Shown here one piece after another: positions 1-12,993 of a stretch of DNA of 64,000 nucleotides. Within the stretch, counting starts at the first letter, position 1. Every line of letters starts with the position of its first letter. The notes below the pieces were generated by a model. That model made no database searches. It was not told the origin of the DNA and saw only the letters and a program-made list of their open reading frames with translations. The stretch comes from Azolla caroliniana (lineage: Eukaryota; Plantae; Polypodiophyta): assembly GCA_043228905.1 (NCBI GenBank), contig JBHGNT010000024.1, positions 310,001-374,000 of the forward strand, read 5' to 3'. Both the position numbers and the translations under genes were made by a program.

Positions 1-534
1 CTCAGGTCGAGAGACATGACGAAAATAGCAAACCTTAGGAGGGAGTTGAGAGGAGCCCTTGAGTAAATTAAAAAGTTCATACCTGGCTCGTGTGGTATAG
101 GATTTCTGTGTTCAAACATGCGAATCGAAGCTAACAATGCTAGCTATGATATGGAATTAAAAAATCAAGATTTTAAAACTCAAGTCCAGAGACATGACGA
201 AATTACCTAATTTGAGGAGTGAGTTGAGAAGAGCTAGTAGTTAAATTTAAATGTTCATACCTGGCTCGTGTCATATCGGATTTATGTGTTCAAATATGCG
301 AATCGAAGCTAACAACGCTAGCTATGATATGGAATTAAAAAATCAAGATTTTGAAACTCAGGTCGAGAGACATGACGAAAATAGCAAACTTGAGGAGGGA
401 TTTGAGAAGAGCCCTTGAGTAAATTAAAATGTTCATACCTGGCTCGTGTGATATCGAATTTTTGTGTTCAAACATGCGAATCGAAGCTAACAACGCTACC
501 TATGATATGGAATTCAAAAATCAAGATTTTAAAA

Positions 535-2136
535 CTCAGGTCGAGAGACATGACGAAAATAGCAAACTTGAGGAGGGAGTTGAGAGGAGCCCTTGAGTAA
601 ATTAAAATGTTCATACCTGGCTCGTGTGATATCGGATTTTTGTGTTCAAACATGCAAATGGAAGCTAACAACGCTAGCTATGTTGTGGAATTAAAAAATC
701 AAGATTTTGAAACTCAAGTCCAGAGACATGACGAAATTACCAATTTTGAGGAGTGAGTTGAGAAGAGCTAGTAGGTAAATTAAAATGCTCAGTCCTGGCT
801 CGTGTCATATCGGATTTATGTGTTCAAATATGCGAATCGAAGCTAACAACGCTAGCTATGAGATGGAATTAAAAATTCAAGAATTTGAAACTCAGGTCGA
901 GAGACATGACGAAATTACCAAATTGGAGGAGTGAGTTGAGAAGATCTAGTAGGTAAATTAAAATGTTCATACCTGGCTCGTGTCATATCGGATTTATGTG
1001 TTCAAATATGCGAATCGAAGCTAACAACGCTAGCTATGATATGGAATTAAAAAATCAAGATTTTGAAATTAAGGTCGAGAGACATGACGAAAATAGCAAA
1101 CTTGAGGAGGGAGTTGAGAAGAGCCCTTGAGTAAATTAAAATGTTCATACCTGGCTCGTGTGATATCGGATTTTGTGTTCAAACATGCAAATCGAAGCTG
1201 GCGACGCTACCTATGATATGGAATTAAAAAATCAAGATTTTGAAACTCAGGTCGAGAGACATGACGAAAATACCTAAACTTGAGGAGGGAGTTGAGAGGA
1301 GCCCTTGAGTAAATTAAAATGTTCATACCTGGCTCGTGCGATATCGGATTTTTGTGTTCAAACATGCAAATCGAAGCTAGCAATGCTAGCTAGGATATGG
1401 AATTAAAAAATCAAGATTTTAAAACTCAAGTCCAGAGACATGACGAAATTACCTAATCTGAGGAGTGAGTTGAGAAGAGCTAGTAGGTAAATTTAAATGT
1501 TCATACCTGGCTCGTGTCATATCGGATTTATGTGTTCAAATATGCGAATCGAAGCTAACAACGCTAGCTATGATATGGAATTAAAAAATCAAGATTTTGA
1601 AACTCAGGTCGAGAGACATGACGAAAATAGCAAACTTGAGGAGGGAGTTGAGAAGAGCCCTTGAGTAAATTAAAATGTTCATACCTGGCTCGTGTGATAT
1701 CGGATTTTTGTGTTCAAACATGCGAATCGAAGCTAACAACGCTACCTATGATATGGAATTAAAAAATCAAGATTTTAAAAGTCAAGTCCAGAGACATGAC
1801 CACAATAGCAAACTTGAGGAGGGAGTTGAGAGGAGCCCTTGAGTGAATTAAAATGTTCATACCTGGCTCGTGTGATATCGGATTTTTGTGTTCAAACATG
1901 CAAATGGAAGCTAACAACGCTAGCTATGTTGTGGAATTAAAAAATCAAGATTTTGAAACTCAAGTCCAGAGACATGACGAAATTACCAATTTTGAGGAGT
2001 GAGTTGAGAAGAGCTAGTAGGTAAATTAAAATGCTCAGTCCTGGCTCGTGTCATATCGGATTTATGTGTTCAAATATGCGAATCGAAGCTAACAACGCTA
2101 GCTATGAGATGGAATTAAAAAATCAAGATTTTGAAA
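535..2136 (+). repeat. Short duplicated segment at 7-monomer spacing (1246 bp)
   Basis: Rare linked variants CAAATGGAAG, TATGTTGTGG, CAATTTTGAG, ATGCTCAGTCC (785 and 2031) and TATGAGATGG occur twice, 1246 bp = 7x178 apart. Confidence 0.75.
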
Positions 2137-2670
2137 CTCAGGTCGAGAGACATGACGAAAATAGCAAACTTGAGGAGGGAGTTGAGAAGAGCCCTTGAGT
2201 AAATTAAAATGTTCATACCTGGCTCGTGTGATATCGCATTTTTGTGTTCAAACATGCGAATCGAAGCTAACAACGCTACCTATGATATGGAATTAAAAAA
2301 TCAAGATTTTGAAACTCAGGTCGAGAGACATAACGAAAATAGCAAACTTGAGGAGGGAGTTGAGAGGAGCCCTTGAGTAAATGTAAATGTTCATACCTGG
2401 CTCTTGTGATAACGGATTTTTGTGTTCAAACATGCGAATCGAAGCTAACAACGCTAGCTATGATATGGAATTAAAAAATCAAGATTTTAAAAGTCAAGTC
2501 CAGAGACATGACCACAATAGCAAACTTGAGGAGGGGGTTGAGAGGAGCCCTTGAGTAAATTAAAATGTTCATACCTGGCTCGTGTGATATCGGATTTTTG
2601 TGTTCAAACATGCGAATCGAAGCTGGCGACGCTTCCTATGATATGGAATTAAAAAATCCAGATTTTGAAA

Positions 2671-5600
2671 CTCAGGTCGAGAGACATGACGAAAATAGCA
2701 AACCTTAGGAGGGAGTTGAGAGGAGCCGTTGAGTAAATTAAAATGTTCATACCTGGCTCGTGTGGTATCGGATTTTTGTGTTCAAACATGCGAATCGAAG
2801 CTAACAATGCTAGCTATTATATGGAATTAAAAAATCAAGATTTTAAAACTCAAGTCCAGAGACATGACCAAATTACCTAATTTGAGGAGTGAGTTGAGAA
2901 GAGCTAGTAGGTAAATTTAAATGTTCATACCTGGCTCGTGTCATATCGGATTTATGTGTTCAAATATGCGAATCGAAGCTAACAACGCTAGCTATGATAT
3001 GGAATTAAAAAATCAAGATTTTGAAACTCAGGTCGAGAGACATGACGAAAATAGCAAACTTGAGGAGGGAGTTGAGAAGAGCCCTTGAGTAAATTAAAAT
3101 GTTCATACCTGGCTCGTGTGATATCGCATTTTTGTGTTCAAACATGCGAATCGAAGCTAACAACGCTACCTATGATATGGAATTAAAAAATCAAGATTTT
3201 GAAACTCAGGTCGAGAGACATAACGAAAATAGCAAACTTGAGGAGGGAGTTGAGAGGAGCCCTTGAGTAAATTAAAATGTTCATACCTGGCTCTTGTGAT
3301 AACGGATTTTTGTGTTCAAACATGCGAATCGAAGCTAACAACGCTAGCTATGATATGGAATTTAAAAATCAAGATTTTAAAAGTCAAGTCCAGAGACATG
3401 ACCACAATAGCAAACTTGAGGAGGGGGTTGAGAGGAGCCCTTGAGTAAATTAAAATGTTCATACCTGGCTCGTGTGATATCGGATTTTTGTGTTCAAACA
3501 TGCAAATCGAAGCTAACAACGCTAGCTATGATATGGAATTAAAAAATCAAGATTTTAAAACTCAAGTCCAGAGACATGACGAAAATAGCAAACTTGAGGA
3601 GGGAGTTGAGAGGAGCCCTTGAGTAAAGTAAAATGTTCATACCTGGCTCGTGTGATATCGGATTTTTGTGTTCAAACATGCGAATCGAAGCTGGCGACGC
3701 TTCCTATGATATGGAATTTAAAAATCAAGATTTTGAAACTCAGGTCGAGAGACATGACGAAAATAACAAACCTTAGGAGGGAGTTGAGAGGAGCCCTTGA
3801 GTAAATTAAAATGTTCATACCTGGCTCGTGTGGTATCGGATTTTTGTGTTCAAACTTGCGAATCGAAGCTAACAATGCTAGCTATGATATGGAATTAAAA
3901 AATCAAGATTTTAAAACTCAAGTCCAGAGACATGACGAAATTACCTAATTTGAGGAGTGAGTTGAGAAGAGCTAGTAGGTAAATTTAAATGTTCATACCT
4001 GGCTCGTGTCATATCGGATTTACGTGTTCAAATATGCGAATCGAAGCTAACAACGCTAGCTATGATATGGAATTAAAAAATCAAGATTTTGAAACTCAGG
4101 TCGAGAGACATGACGAAAATAGCAAACTTGAGGAGGGAGTTGAGAAGAGCCCTTGAGTAAATTAAAATGTTCATACCTGGCTCGTGCGATATCGGATTTT
4201 TGTGTTCAAACATGCAAATCGAAGCTAGCAATGCTAGCTAGGATATGGAATTAAAAAATCAAGATTTTAAAACTCAAGTCCAGAGACATGACGAAATTAC
4301 CTAATCTGAGGAGTGAGTTGAGAAGATCTAGTAGGTAAATTTAAATGTTCATACCTGGCTCGTGTCATATCGGATTTATGTGTTCAAATATGCGAATCGA
4401 AGCTAACAACGCTAGCTATGATATGGAATTAAAAAATCAAGATTTTGAAATTAAGGTCGAGAGACATGACGAAAATAGCAAACTTGAGGAGGGAGTTGAG
4501 AAGAGCCCTTGAGTAAATTAAAATGTTCATACCTGGCTCGTGTGATATCGAATTTTTGTGTTCAAACATGCGAATCGAAGCTAACAACGCTACCTATGAT
4601 ATGGAATTAAAAAATCAAGATTTTAAAACTCAGGTCGAGAGACATGACGAAAATAGCAAACTTGAGGAGGGCGTTAAGAGGAGCCCTTGAGTAAATTAAA
4701 ATGTTCATACCTGGCTCGTGTGATATCGGATTTTTGTGTTCAAACATGCAAATCGAAGCTCGCGACGCTACCTATGATATGGAATTAAAAAATCAAGATT
4801 TTGAAACTCAGGTCGAGAGACATGACGAAAATAGCAAACCTTAGGAGGGAGTTGAGAGGAGCCGTTGAGTAAATTAAAATGTTCATACCTGGCTCGTGTG
4901 GTATCGGATTTTTGTGTTCAAACATGCGAATCGAAGCTAACAATGCTAGCTATTATATGGAATTAAAAAATCAAGATTTTAAAACTCAAGTCCAGAGACA
5001 TGACCAAATTACCTAATTTGAGGAGTGAGTTGAGAAGAGCTAGTAGGTAAATTTAAATGTTCATACCTGGCTCGTGTCATATCGGATTTATGTGTTCAAA
5101 TATGCGAATCGAAGCTAACAACGCTAGCTATGATATGGAATTAAAAAATCAAGATTTTGAAACTCAGGTCGAGAGACATGACGAAAATAGCAAACTTGAG
5201 GAGGGAGTTGAGAAGAGCCCTTGAGTAAATTAAAATGTTCATACCTGGCTCGTGTGATATCGCATTTTTGTGTTCAAACATGCGAATCGAAGCTAACAAC
5301 GCTACCTATGATATGGAATTAAAAAATCAAGATTTTAAAACTCAGGTCGAGAGACATAACGAAAATAGCAAACTTGAGGAGGGAGTTGAGAGGAGCCCTT
5401 GAGTAAATTAAAATGTTCATACCTGGCTCTTGTGATAACGGATTTTTGTGTTCAAACATGTGAATCGAAGCTAACAACGCTAGCTATGATATGGAATTTA
5501 AAAATCAAGATTTTAAAAGTCAAGTCCAGAGACATGACCACAATAGCAAACTTGAGGAGGGGGTTGAGAGGAGCCCTTGAGTAAATTAAAATGTTCATAC

Positions 5601-6763
5601 CTGGCTCGTGTGATATCGGATTTTTGTGTTCAAACATGCAAATCGAAGCTAACAATGCTAGTTATGATATGGAATTAAAAAATCAAGATTTTAAAACTCA
5701 AGTCCAGAGACATGACGAAAATAGCAAACTTGAGGAGGGAGTTGAGAGGAGCCCTTGAGTAAAGTAAAATGTTCATACCTGGCTCGTGTGATATCGGATT
5801 TTTGTGTTCAAACATGCGAATCGAAGCTGGCGACGCTTCCTATGATATGGAATTTAAAAATCAAGATTTTGAAACTCAGGTCGAGAGACATGACGAAAAT
5901 AACAAACCTTAGGAGGGAGTTGAGAGGAGCCCTTGAGTAAATTAAAATGTTCATACCTGGCTCGTGTGGTATCGGATTTTTGTGTTCAAACTTGCGAATC
6001 GAAGCTAACAATGCTAGCTATGATATGGAATTAAAAAATCAAGATTTTAAAACTCAAGTCCAGAGACATGACGAAATTACCTAATTTGAGGAGTGAGTTG
6101 AGAAGAGCTAGTAGGTAAATTTAAATGTTCATACCTGGCTCGTGTCATATCGGATTTACGTGTTCAAATATGCGAATCGAAGCTAACAACGCTAGCTATG
6201 ATATGGAATTAAAAAATCAAGATTTTGAAACTCAGGTCGAGAGACATGACGAAAATAGCAAACTTGAGGAGGGAGTTGAGAAGAGCCCTTGAGTAAATTA
6301 AAATGTTCATACCTGGCTCGTGCGATATCGGATTTTTGTGTTCAATCATGCAAATCGAAGCTAGCAATGCTAGCTAGGATATGGAATTAAAAAATCAAGA
6401 TTTTAAAACTCAAGTCCAGAGACATGACGAAATTACCTAATCTGAGGAGTGAGTTGAGAAGAGCTAGTAGGTAATTTAAATGTTCATACCTGGCTCGTGT
6501 CATATCGGATTTATGTGTTCAAATATGCGAATCGAAGCTAACAACGCTAGCTATGATATGGAATTAAAAAATCAAGATTTTGAAATTAAGGTCGAGAGAC
6601 ATGACGAAAATAGCAAACTTGAGGAGGGAGTTGAGAAGAGCCCTTGAGTAAATTAAAATGTTCATACCTGGCTCGTGTGATATCGAATTTTTGTGTTCAA
6701 ACATGCGAATCGAAGCTAACAACGCTACCTATGATATGGAATTAAAAAATCAAGATTTTAAAA
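2671..6763 (+). repeat. Local HOR, 12-monomer period (2136 bp), ~2 copies
   Basis: GCCGTTG variant at 2725 and 4861; identical ORF translations at 3263/5399 and 3619/5755, all 2136 bp = 12x178 apart. Confidence 0.85.
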
Positions 6764-9700
6764 CTCAGGTCGAGAGACATAACGAAAATAGCAAACTTGA
6801 GGAGGGAGTTGAGAGGAGCCCTTGAGTAAAGTAAAATGTTCATACCTGGCTCGTGTTATATCGGATTTTTGTGTTCAAACATGCGAATCGAAGCTTACAA
6901 CGCTACCTATGATATGGAATTAAAAAATCAAGATTTTAAAACTCAGGTCGAGAGACATAACGAAAATAGTAAACTTGAGGAGGGAGTTGAGAGGAGCCCT
7001 TGAGTAAAGTAAAATGTTCATACCTGGCTCGTGTGATATCGGATTTTTGTGTTCAAACATGCGAATCGAAGCTAACAACGCTACCTATGATATGGAATTA
7101 AAAAATCAAGATTTTAAAACTCAGGTCGAGAGACATGACGAAAATAGCAAACCTTAGGAGGGAGTTGAGAGGAGCCCTTGAGTAAATTAAAATGTTCATA
7201 CCTGGCTCGTGTGGTATCGGATTTTTGTGTTCAAACATGCGAATCGAAGCTAACAATGCTAGCTATTATATGGAATTAAAAAATCAAGATTTTAAAACTC
7301 AAGTCCAGAGACATGACGAAATTACCTAATTTGAGGAGTGAGTTGAGAAGAGCTAGTAGGTAAATTTAAATGTTCATACCTGGCTCGTGTCATATCGGAT
7401 TTATGTGTTCAAACATGCGAATCGAAGCTAACAACGCTAGCTATGATATGGAATTAAAAAATCAAGATTTTGAAACTCAGGTCGAGAGACATGACGAAAA
7501 TAGCAAACTTGAGGAGGGAGTTGAGAAGAGCCCTTGAGTAAATTAAAATGTTCAGACCTGGCTCGTGTGATATCGAATTTTTGTGTTCAAACATGCGAAT
7601 CGAAGCTAACAACGCTACCTATGATATGGAATTAAAAAATCAAGATTTTGAAACTCAGGTCGAGAGACATAACGAAAATAGCAAACTTGAGGAGGGAGTT
7701 GAGAGGAGCCCTTGAGTAAATTAAAATGTTCATACCTGGCTCTTGTGATAACGGGTTTTTGTGTTCATACATGCGAATCGAAGCTAACAACGCTAGCTAT
7801 GATATGGAATTTAAAAATCAAGATTTTAAAAGTCAAGTCCAGAGACATGACCACAATAGCAAACTTGAGGAGGGGGTTGAGAGGAGCCCTTGAGTAAATT
7901 AAAATGTTCATACCTGGCTCGTGTGGTATCGGATTTTTGTGTTCAAACATGCAAATCGAAGCTAACAATGCTAGCTATGATATGGAATTAAAAAATCAAG
8001 ATTTTAAAACTCAAGTCCAGAGACATGACTAAATTACCTAATTTGAGGAGTGAGTTGAGAAGAGCTAGTAGGTAAATTTAAATGTTCATACCTGGCTCGT
8101 GTCATATCGGATTTACGTGTTCAAACATGCGAATCGAAGCTAACAACGCTAGCTATGATATGGAATTAAAAAATCAAGATTTTGAAAGTCAAGTCCAGTG
8201 ACATGACGAAAATAGCAAACTTGAGGAGGGAGTTGAGAAGAGCCCTTGAGTAAATTAAAATGTTCATACCTGGCTCGTGCGATATCGGATTTTTGTGTTC
8301 AAACATGCAAATCGAAGCTAACAATGCTAGCTATGATATGGAATTAAAAAATCAAGATTTTAAAACTCAAGTCCAGAGACATGACGAAAATAGCAAACTT
8401 GAGGAGGGAGTTGAGAGGAGCCCTTGAGTAAAGTAAAATGTTCATACCTGGCTCGTGTGATATCGGATTTTTGTGTTCAAACATGCGAATCGAAGCTGGC
8501 GACGCTTCCTATGATATGGAATTTAAAAATCAAGATTTTGAAACTCAGGTCGAGAGACATGACGAAAATAACAAACCTTAGGAGGGAGTTGAGAGGAGCC
8601 CTTGAGTAAATTAAAATGTTCATACCTGGCTCGTGTGGTATCGGATTTTTGTGTTCAAACTTGCGAATCGAAGCTAACAATGCTAGCTATGATATGGAAT
8701 TAAAAAATCAAGATTTTAAAACTCAAGTCCAGAGACATGACGAAATTACCTAATTTGAGGAGTGAGTTGAGAAGAGCTAGTAGGTAAATTTAAATGTTCA
8801 TACCTGGCTCGTGTCATATCGGATTTACGTGTTCAAATATGCGAATCGAAGCTAACAACGCTAGCTATGATATGGAATTAAAAAATCAAGATTTTGACAC
8901 TCAGGTCGAGAGACATGACGAAAATAGCAAACCTTAGGAGGGAGTTGAGAGGAGCCGTTGAGTAAATTAAAATGTTCATACCTGGCTCGTGTGGTATCGG
9001 ATTTTTGTGTTCAAACATGCGAATCGAAGCTAACAATGCTAGCTATTATATGGAATTAAAAAATCAAGATTTTAAAACTCAAGTCCAGAGACATGACCAA
9101 ATTACCTAATTTGAGGAGTGAGTTGAGAAGAGCTAGTAGGTAAATTTAAATGTTCATACCTGGCTCGTGTCATATCGGATTTATGTGTTCAAATATGCGA
9201 ATCGAAGCTAACAACGCTAGCTATGATATGGAATTAAAAAATCAAGATTTTGAAACTCAGGTCGAGAGACATGACGAAAATAGCAAACTTGAGGAGGGAG
9301 TTGAGAAGAGCCCTTGAGTAAATTAAAATGTTCATACCTGGCTCGTGTGATATCGCATTTTTGTGTTCAAACATGCGAATCGAAGCTAACAACGCTACCT
9401 ATGATATGGAATTAAAAAATCAAGATTTTAAAACTCAGGTCGAGAGACATAACGAAAATAGCAAACTTGAGGAGGGAGTTGAGAGGAGCCCTTGAGTAAA
9501 TTAAAATGTTCATACCTGGCTCTTGTGATAACGGATTTTTGTGTTCAAACATGCGAATCGAAGCTAACAACGCTAGCTATGATATGGAATTTAAAAATCA
9601 AGATTTTAAAAGTCAAGTCCAGAGACATGACCACAATAGCAAACTTGAGGAGGGGGTTGAGAGGAGCCCTTGAGTAAATTAAAATGTTCATACCTGGCTC

Positions 9701-12700
9701 GTGTGATATCGGATTTTTGTGTTCAAACATGCAAATCGAAGCTAACAATGCTAGTTATGATATGGAATTAAAAAATCAAGATTTTAAAACTCAAGTCCAG
9801 AGACATGACGAAAATAGCAAACTTGAGGAGGGAGTTGAGAGGAGCCCTTGAGTAAAGTAAAATGTTCATACCTGGCTCGTGTGATATCGGATTTTTGTGT
9901 TCAAACATGCGAATCGAAGCTGGCGACGCTTCCTATGATATGGAATTTAAAAATCAAGATTTTGAAACTCAGGTCGAGAGACATGACGAAAATAACAAAC
10001 CTTAGGAGGGAGTTGAGAGGAGCCCTTGAGTAAATTAAAATGTTCATACCTGGCTCGTGTGGTATCGGATTTTTGTGTTCAAACTTGCGAATCGAAGCTA
10101 ACAATGCTAGCTATGATATGGAATTAAAAAATCAAGATTTTAAAACTCAAGTCCAGAGACATGACCAAATTACCTAATTTGAGGAGTGAGTTGAGAAGAG
10201 CTAGTAGGTAAATTTAAATGTTCATACCTGGCTCGTGTCATATCGGATTTACGTGTTCAAATATGCGAATCGAAGCTAACAACGCTAGTTATGATATGGA
10301 ATTAAAAAATCAAGATTTTGAAACTCAGGTCGAGAGACATGACGAAAATAGCAAACTTGAGGAGGGAGTTGAGAAGAGCCCTTGAGTAAATTAAAATGTT
10401 CATACCTGGCTCGTGCGATATCGGATTTTTGTGTTCAATCATGCAAATCGAAGCTAGCAATGCTAGCTAGGATATGGAATTAAAAAATCAAGATTTTAAA
10501 ACTCAAGTCCAGAGACATGACGAAATTACCTAATCTGAGGAGTGAGTTGAGAAGAGCTAGTAGGTAAATTTAAATGTTCATACCTGGCTCGTGTCATATC
10601 GGATTTATGTGTTCAAATATGCGAATCGAAGCTAACAACGCTAGCTATGATATGGAATTAAAAAATCAAGATTTTGAAATTAAGGTCGAGAGACATGACG
10701 AAAATAGCAAACTTGAGGAGGGAGTTGAGAAGAGCCCTTGAGTAAATTAAAATGTTCATACCTGGCTCGTGTGATATCGAATTTTTGTGTTCAAACATGC
10801 GAATCGAAGCTAACAACGCTACCTATGATATGGAATTAAAAAATCAAGATTTTAAAACTCAGGTCGAGAGACATAACGAAAATAGCAAACTTGAGGAGGG
10901 AGTTGAGAGGAGCCCTTGAGTAAAGTAAAATGTTCATACCTGGCTCGTGTTATATCGGATTTTTGTGTTCAAACATGCGAATCGAAGCTTACAACGCTAC
11001 CTATGATATGGAATTAAAAAATCAAGATTTTAAAACTCAGGTCGAGAGACATAACGAAAATAGCAAACTTGAGGAGGGAGTTGAGAGGAGCCCTTGAGTA
11101 AAGTAAAATGTTCATACCTGGCTCGTGTGATATCGGATTTTTGTGTTCAAACATGCGAATCGAAGCTAACAACGCTACCTATGATATGGAATTAAAAAAT
11201 CAAGATTTTAAAACTCAGGTCGAGAGACATGACGAAAATAGCAAACCTTAGGAGGGAGTTGAGAGGAGCCCTTGAGTAAATTAAAATGTTCATACCTGGC
11301 TCGTGTGGTATCGGATTTTTGTGTTCAAACATGCGAATCGAAGCTAACAATGCTAGCTATTATATGGAATTAAAAAATCAAGATTTTAAAACTCAAGTCC
11401 AGAGACATGACGAAATTACCTAATTTGAGGAGTGAGTTGAGAAGAGCTAGTAGGTAAATTTAAATGTTCATACCTGGCTCGTGTCATATCGGATTTATGT
11501 GTTCAAACATGCGAATCGAAGCTAACAACGCTAGCTATGATATGGAATTAAAAAATCAAGATTTTGAAACTCAGGTCGAGAGACATGACGAAAATAGCAA
11601 ACTTGAGGAGGGAGTTGAGAAGAGCCCTTGAGTAAATTAAAATGTTCAGACCTGGCTCGTGTGATATCGAATTTTTGTGTTCAAACATGCGAATCGAAGC
11701 TAACAACGCTACCTATGATATGGAATTAAAAAATCAAGATTTTGAAACTCAGGTCGAGAGACATAACGAAAATAGCAAACTTGAGGAGGGAGTTGAGAGG
11801 AGCCCTTGAGTAAATTAAAATGTTCATACCTGGCTCTTGTGATAACGGGTTTTTGTGTTCAAACATGCGAATCGAAGCTAACAACGCTAGCTATGATATG
11901 GAATTTAAAAATCAAGATTTTAAAAGTCAAGTCCAGAGACATGACCACAATAGCAAACTTGAGGAGGGGGTTGAGAGGAGCCCTTGAGTAAATTAAAATG
12001 TTCATACCTGGCTCGTGTGGTATCGGATTTTTGTGTTCAAACATGCAAATCGAAGCTAACAATGCTAGCTATGATATGGAATTAAAAAATCAAGATTTTA
12101 AAACTCAAGTCCAGAGACATGACTAAATTACCTAATTTGAGGAGTGAGTTGAGAAGAGCTAGTAGGTAAATTTAAATGTTCATACCTGGCTCGTGTCATA
12201 TCGGATTTACGTGTTCAAACATGCGAATCGAAGCTAACAACGCTAGCTATGATATGGAATTAAAAAATCAAGATTTTGAAAGTCAAGTCCAGTGACATGA
12301 CGAAAATAGCAAACTTGAGGAGGGAGTTGAGAAGAGCCCTTGAGTAAATTAAAATGTTCATACCTGGCTCGTGCGATATCGGATTTTTGTGTTCAAACAT
12401 GCAAATCGAAGCTAACAATGCTAGCTATGATATGGAATTAAAAAATCAAGATTTTAAAACTCAAGTCCAGAGACATGACGAAAATAGCAAACTTGAGGAG
12501 GGAGTTGAGAGGAGCCCTTGAGTAAAGTAAAAAGTTCATACCTGGCTCGTGTGATATCGGATTTTTGTGTTCAAACATGCGAATCGAAGCTGGCGACGCT
12601 TCCTATGATATGGAATTTAAAAATCAAGATTTTGAAACTCAGGTCGAGAGACATGACGAAAATAACAAACCTTAGGAGGGAGTTGAGAGGAGCCCTTGAG

Positions 12701-12993
12701 TAAATTAAAATGTTCATACCTGGCTCGTGTGGTATCGGATTTTTGTGTTCAAACTTGCGAATCGAAGCTAACAATGCTAGCTATGATATGGAATTAAAAA
12801 ATCAAGATTTTAAAACTCAAGTCCAGAGACATGACGAAATTACCTAATTTGAGGAGTGAGTTGAGAAGAGCTAGTAGGTAAATTTAAATGTTCATACCTG
12901 GCTCGTGTCATATCGGATTTACGTGTTCAAATATGCGAATCGAAGCTAACAACGCTAGCTATGATATGGAATTAAAAAATCAAGATTTTGAAA
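4807..12993 (+). repeat. Local HOR, 23-monomer tandem duplication (4807-8899 / 8900-12993)
   Basis: GCCGTTG at 4861 and 8954 (4093 = 23x178-1); ORF pairs 5399/9492, 7712/11806, 8424/12518 are 4093-4094 apart; shared rare variants TTCAATCATG, AAGCTTACAA, GTTCAGACC, ACGGGTTTT, CCAGTGAC, ATGACTAAA. Confidence 0.92.

Noticed and set aside
1-178. Identity with Arabidopsis CEN178/CEN180, primate alpha satellite, 5S rDNA or tRNA arrays
   Set aside because: Length is similar to CEN178 but I see no sequence resemblance to it or to alpha satellite, no CENP-B box, and no 5S rRNA or tRNA cloverleaf sequence. Family left unnamed pending a database search.
1100-1120. Shine-Dalgarno-like GGAGG or G-quadruplex in the purine tract
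   Set aside because: No credible downstream gene, and only one G3+ run per monomer, insufficient for a canonical intramolecular G4.
6468-6480. Single-base deletion GGTAATTT as a biologically meaningful event
   Set aside because: Singleton loss in an A3 run absent from the sister copy at ~10565; cannot be distinguished from a consensus error, so used only for phase accounting.
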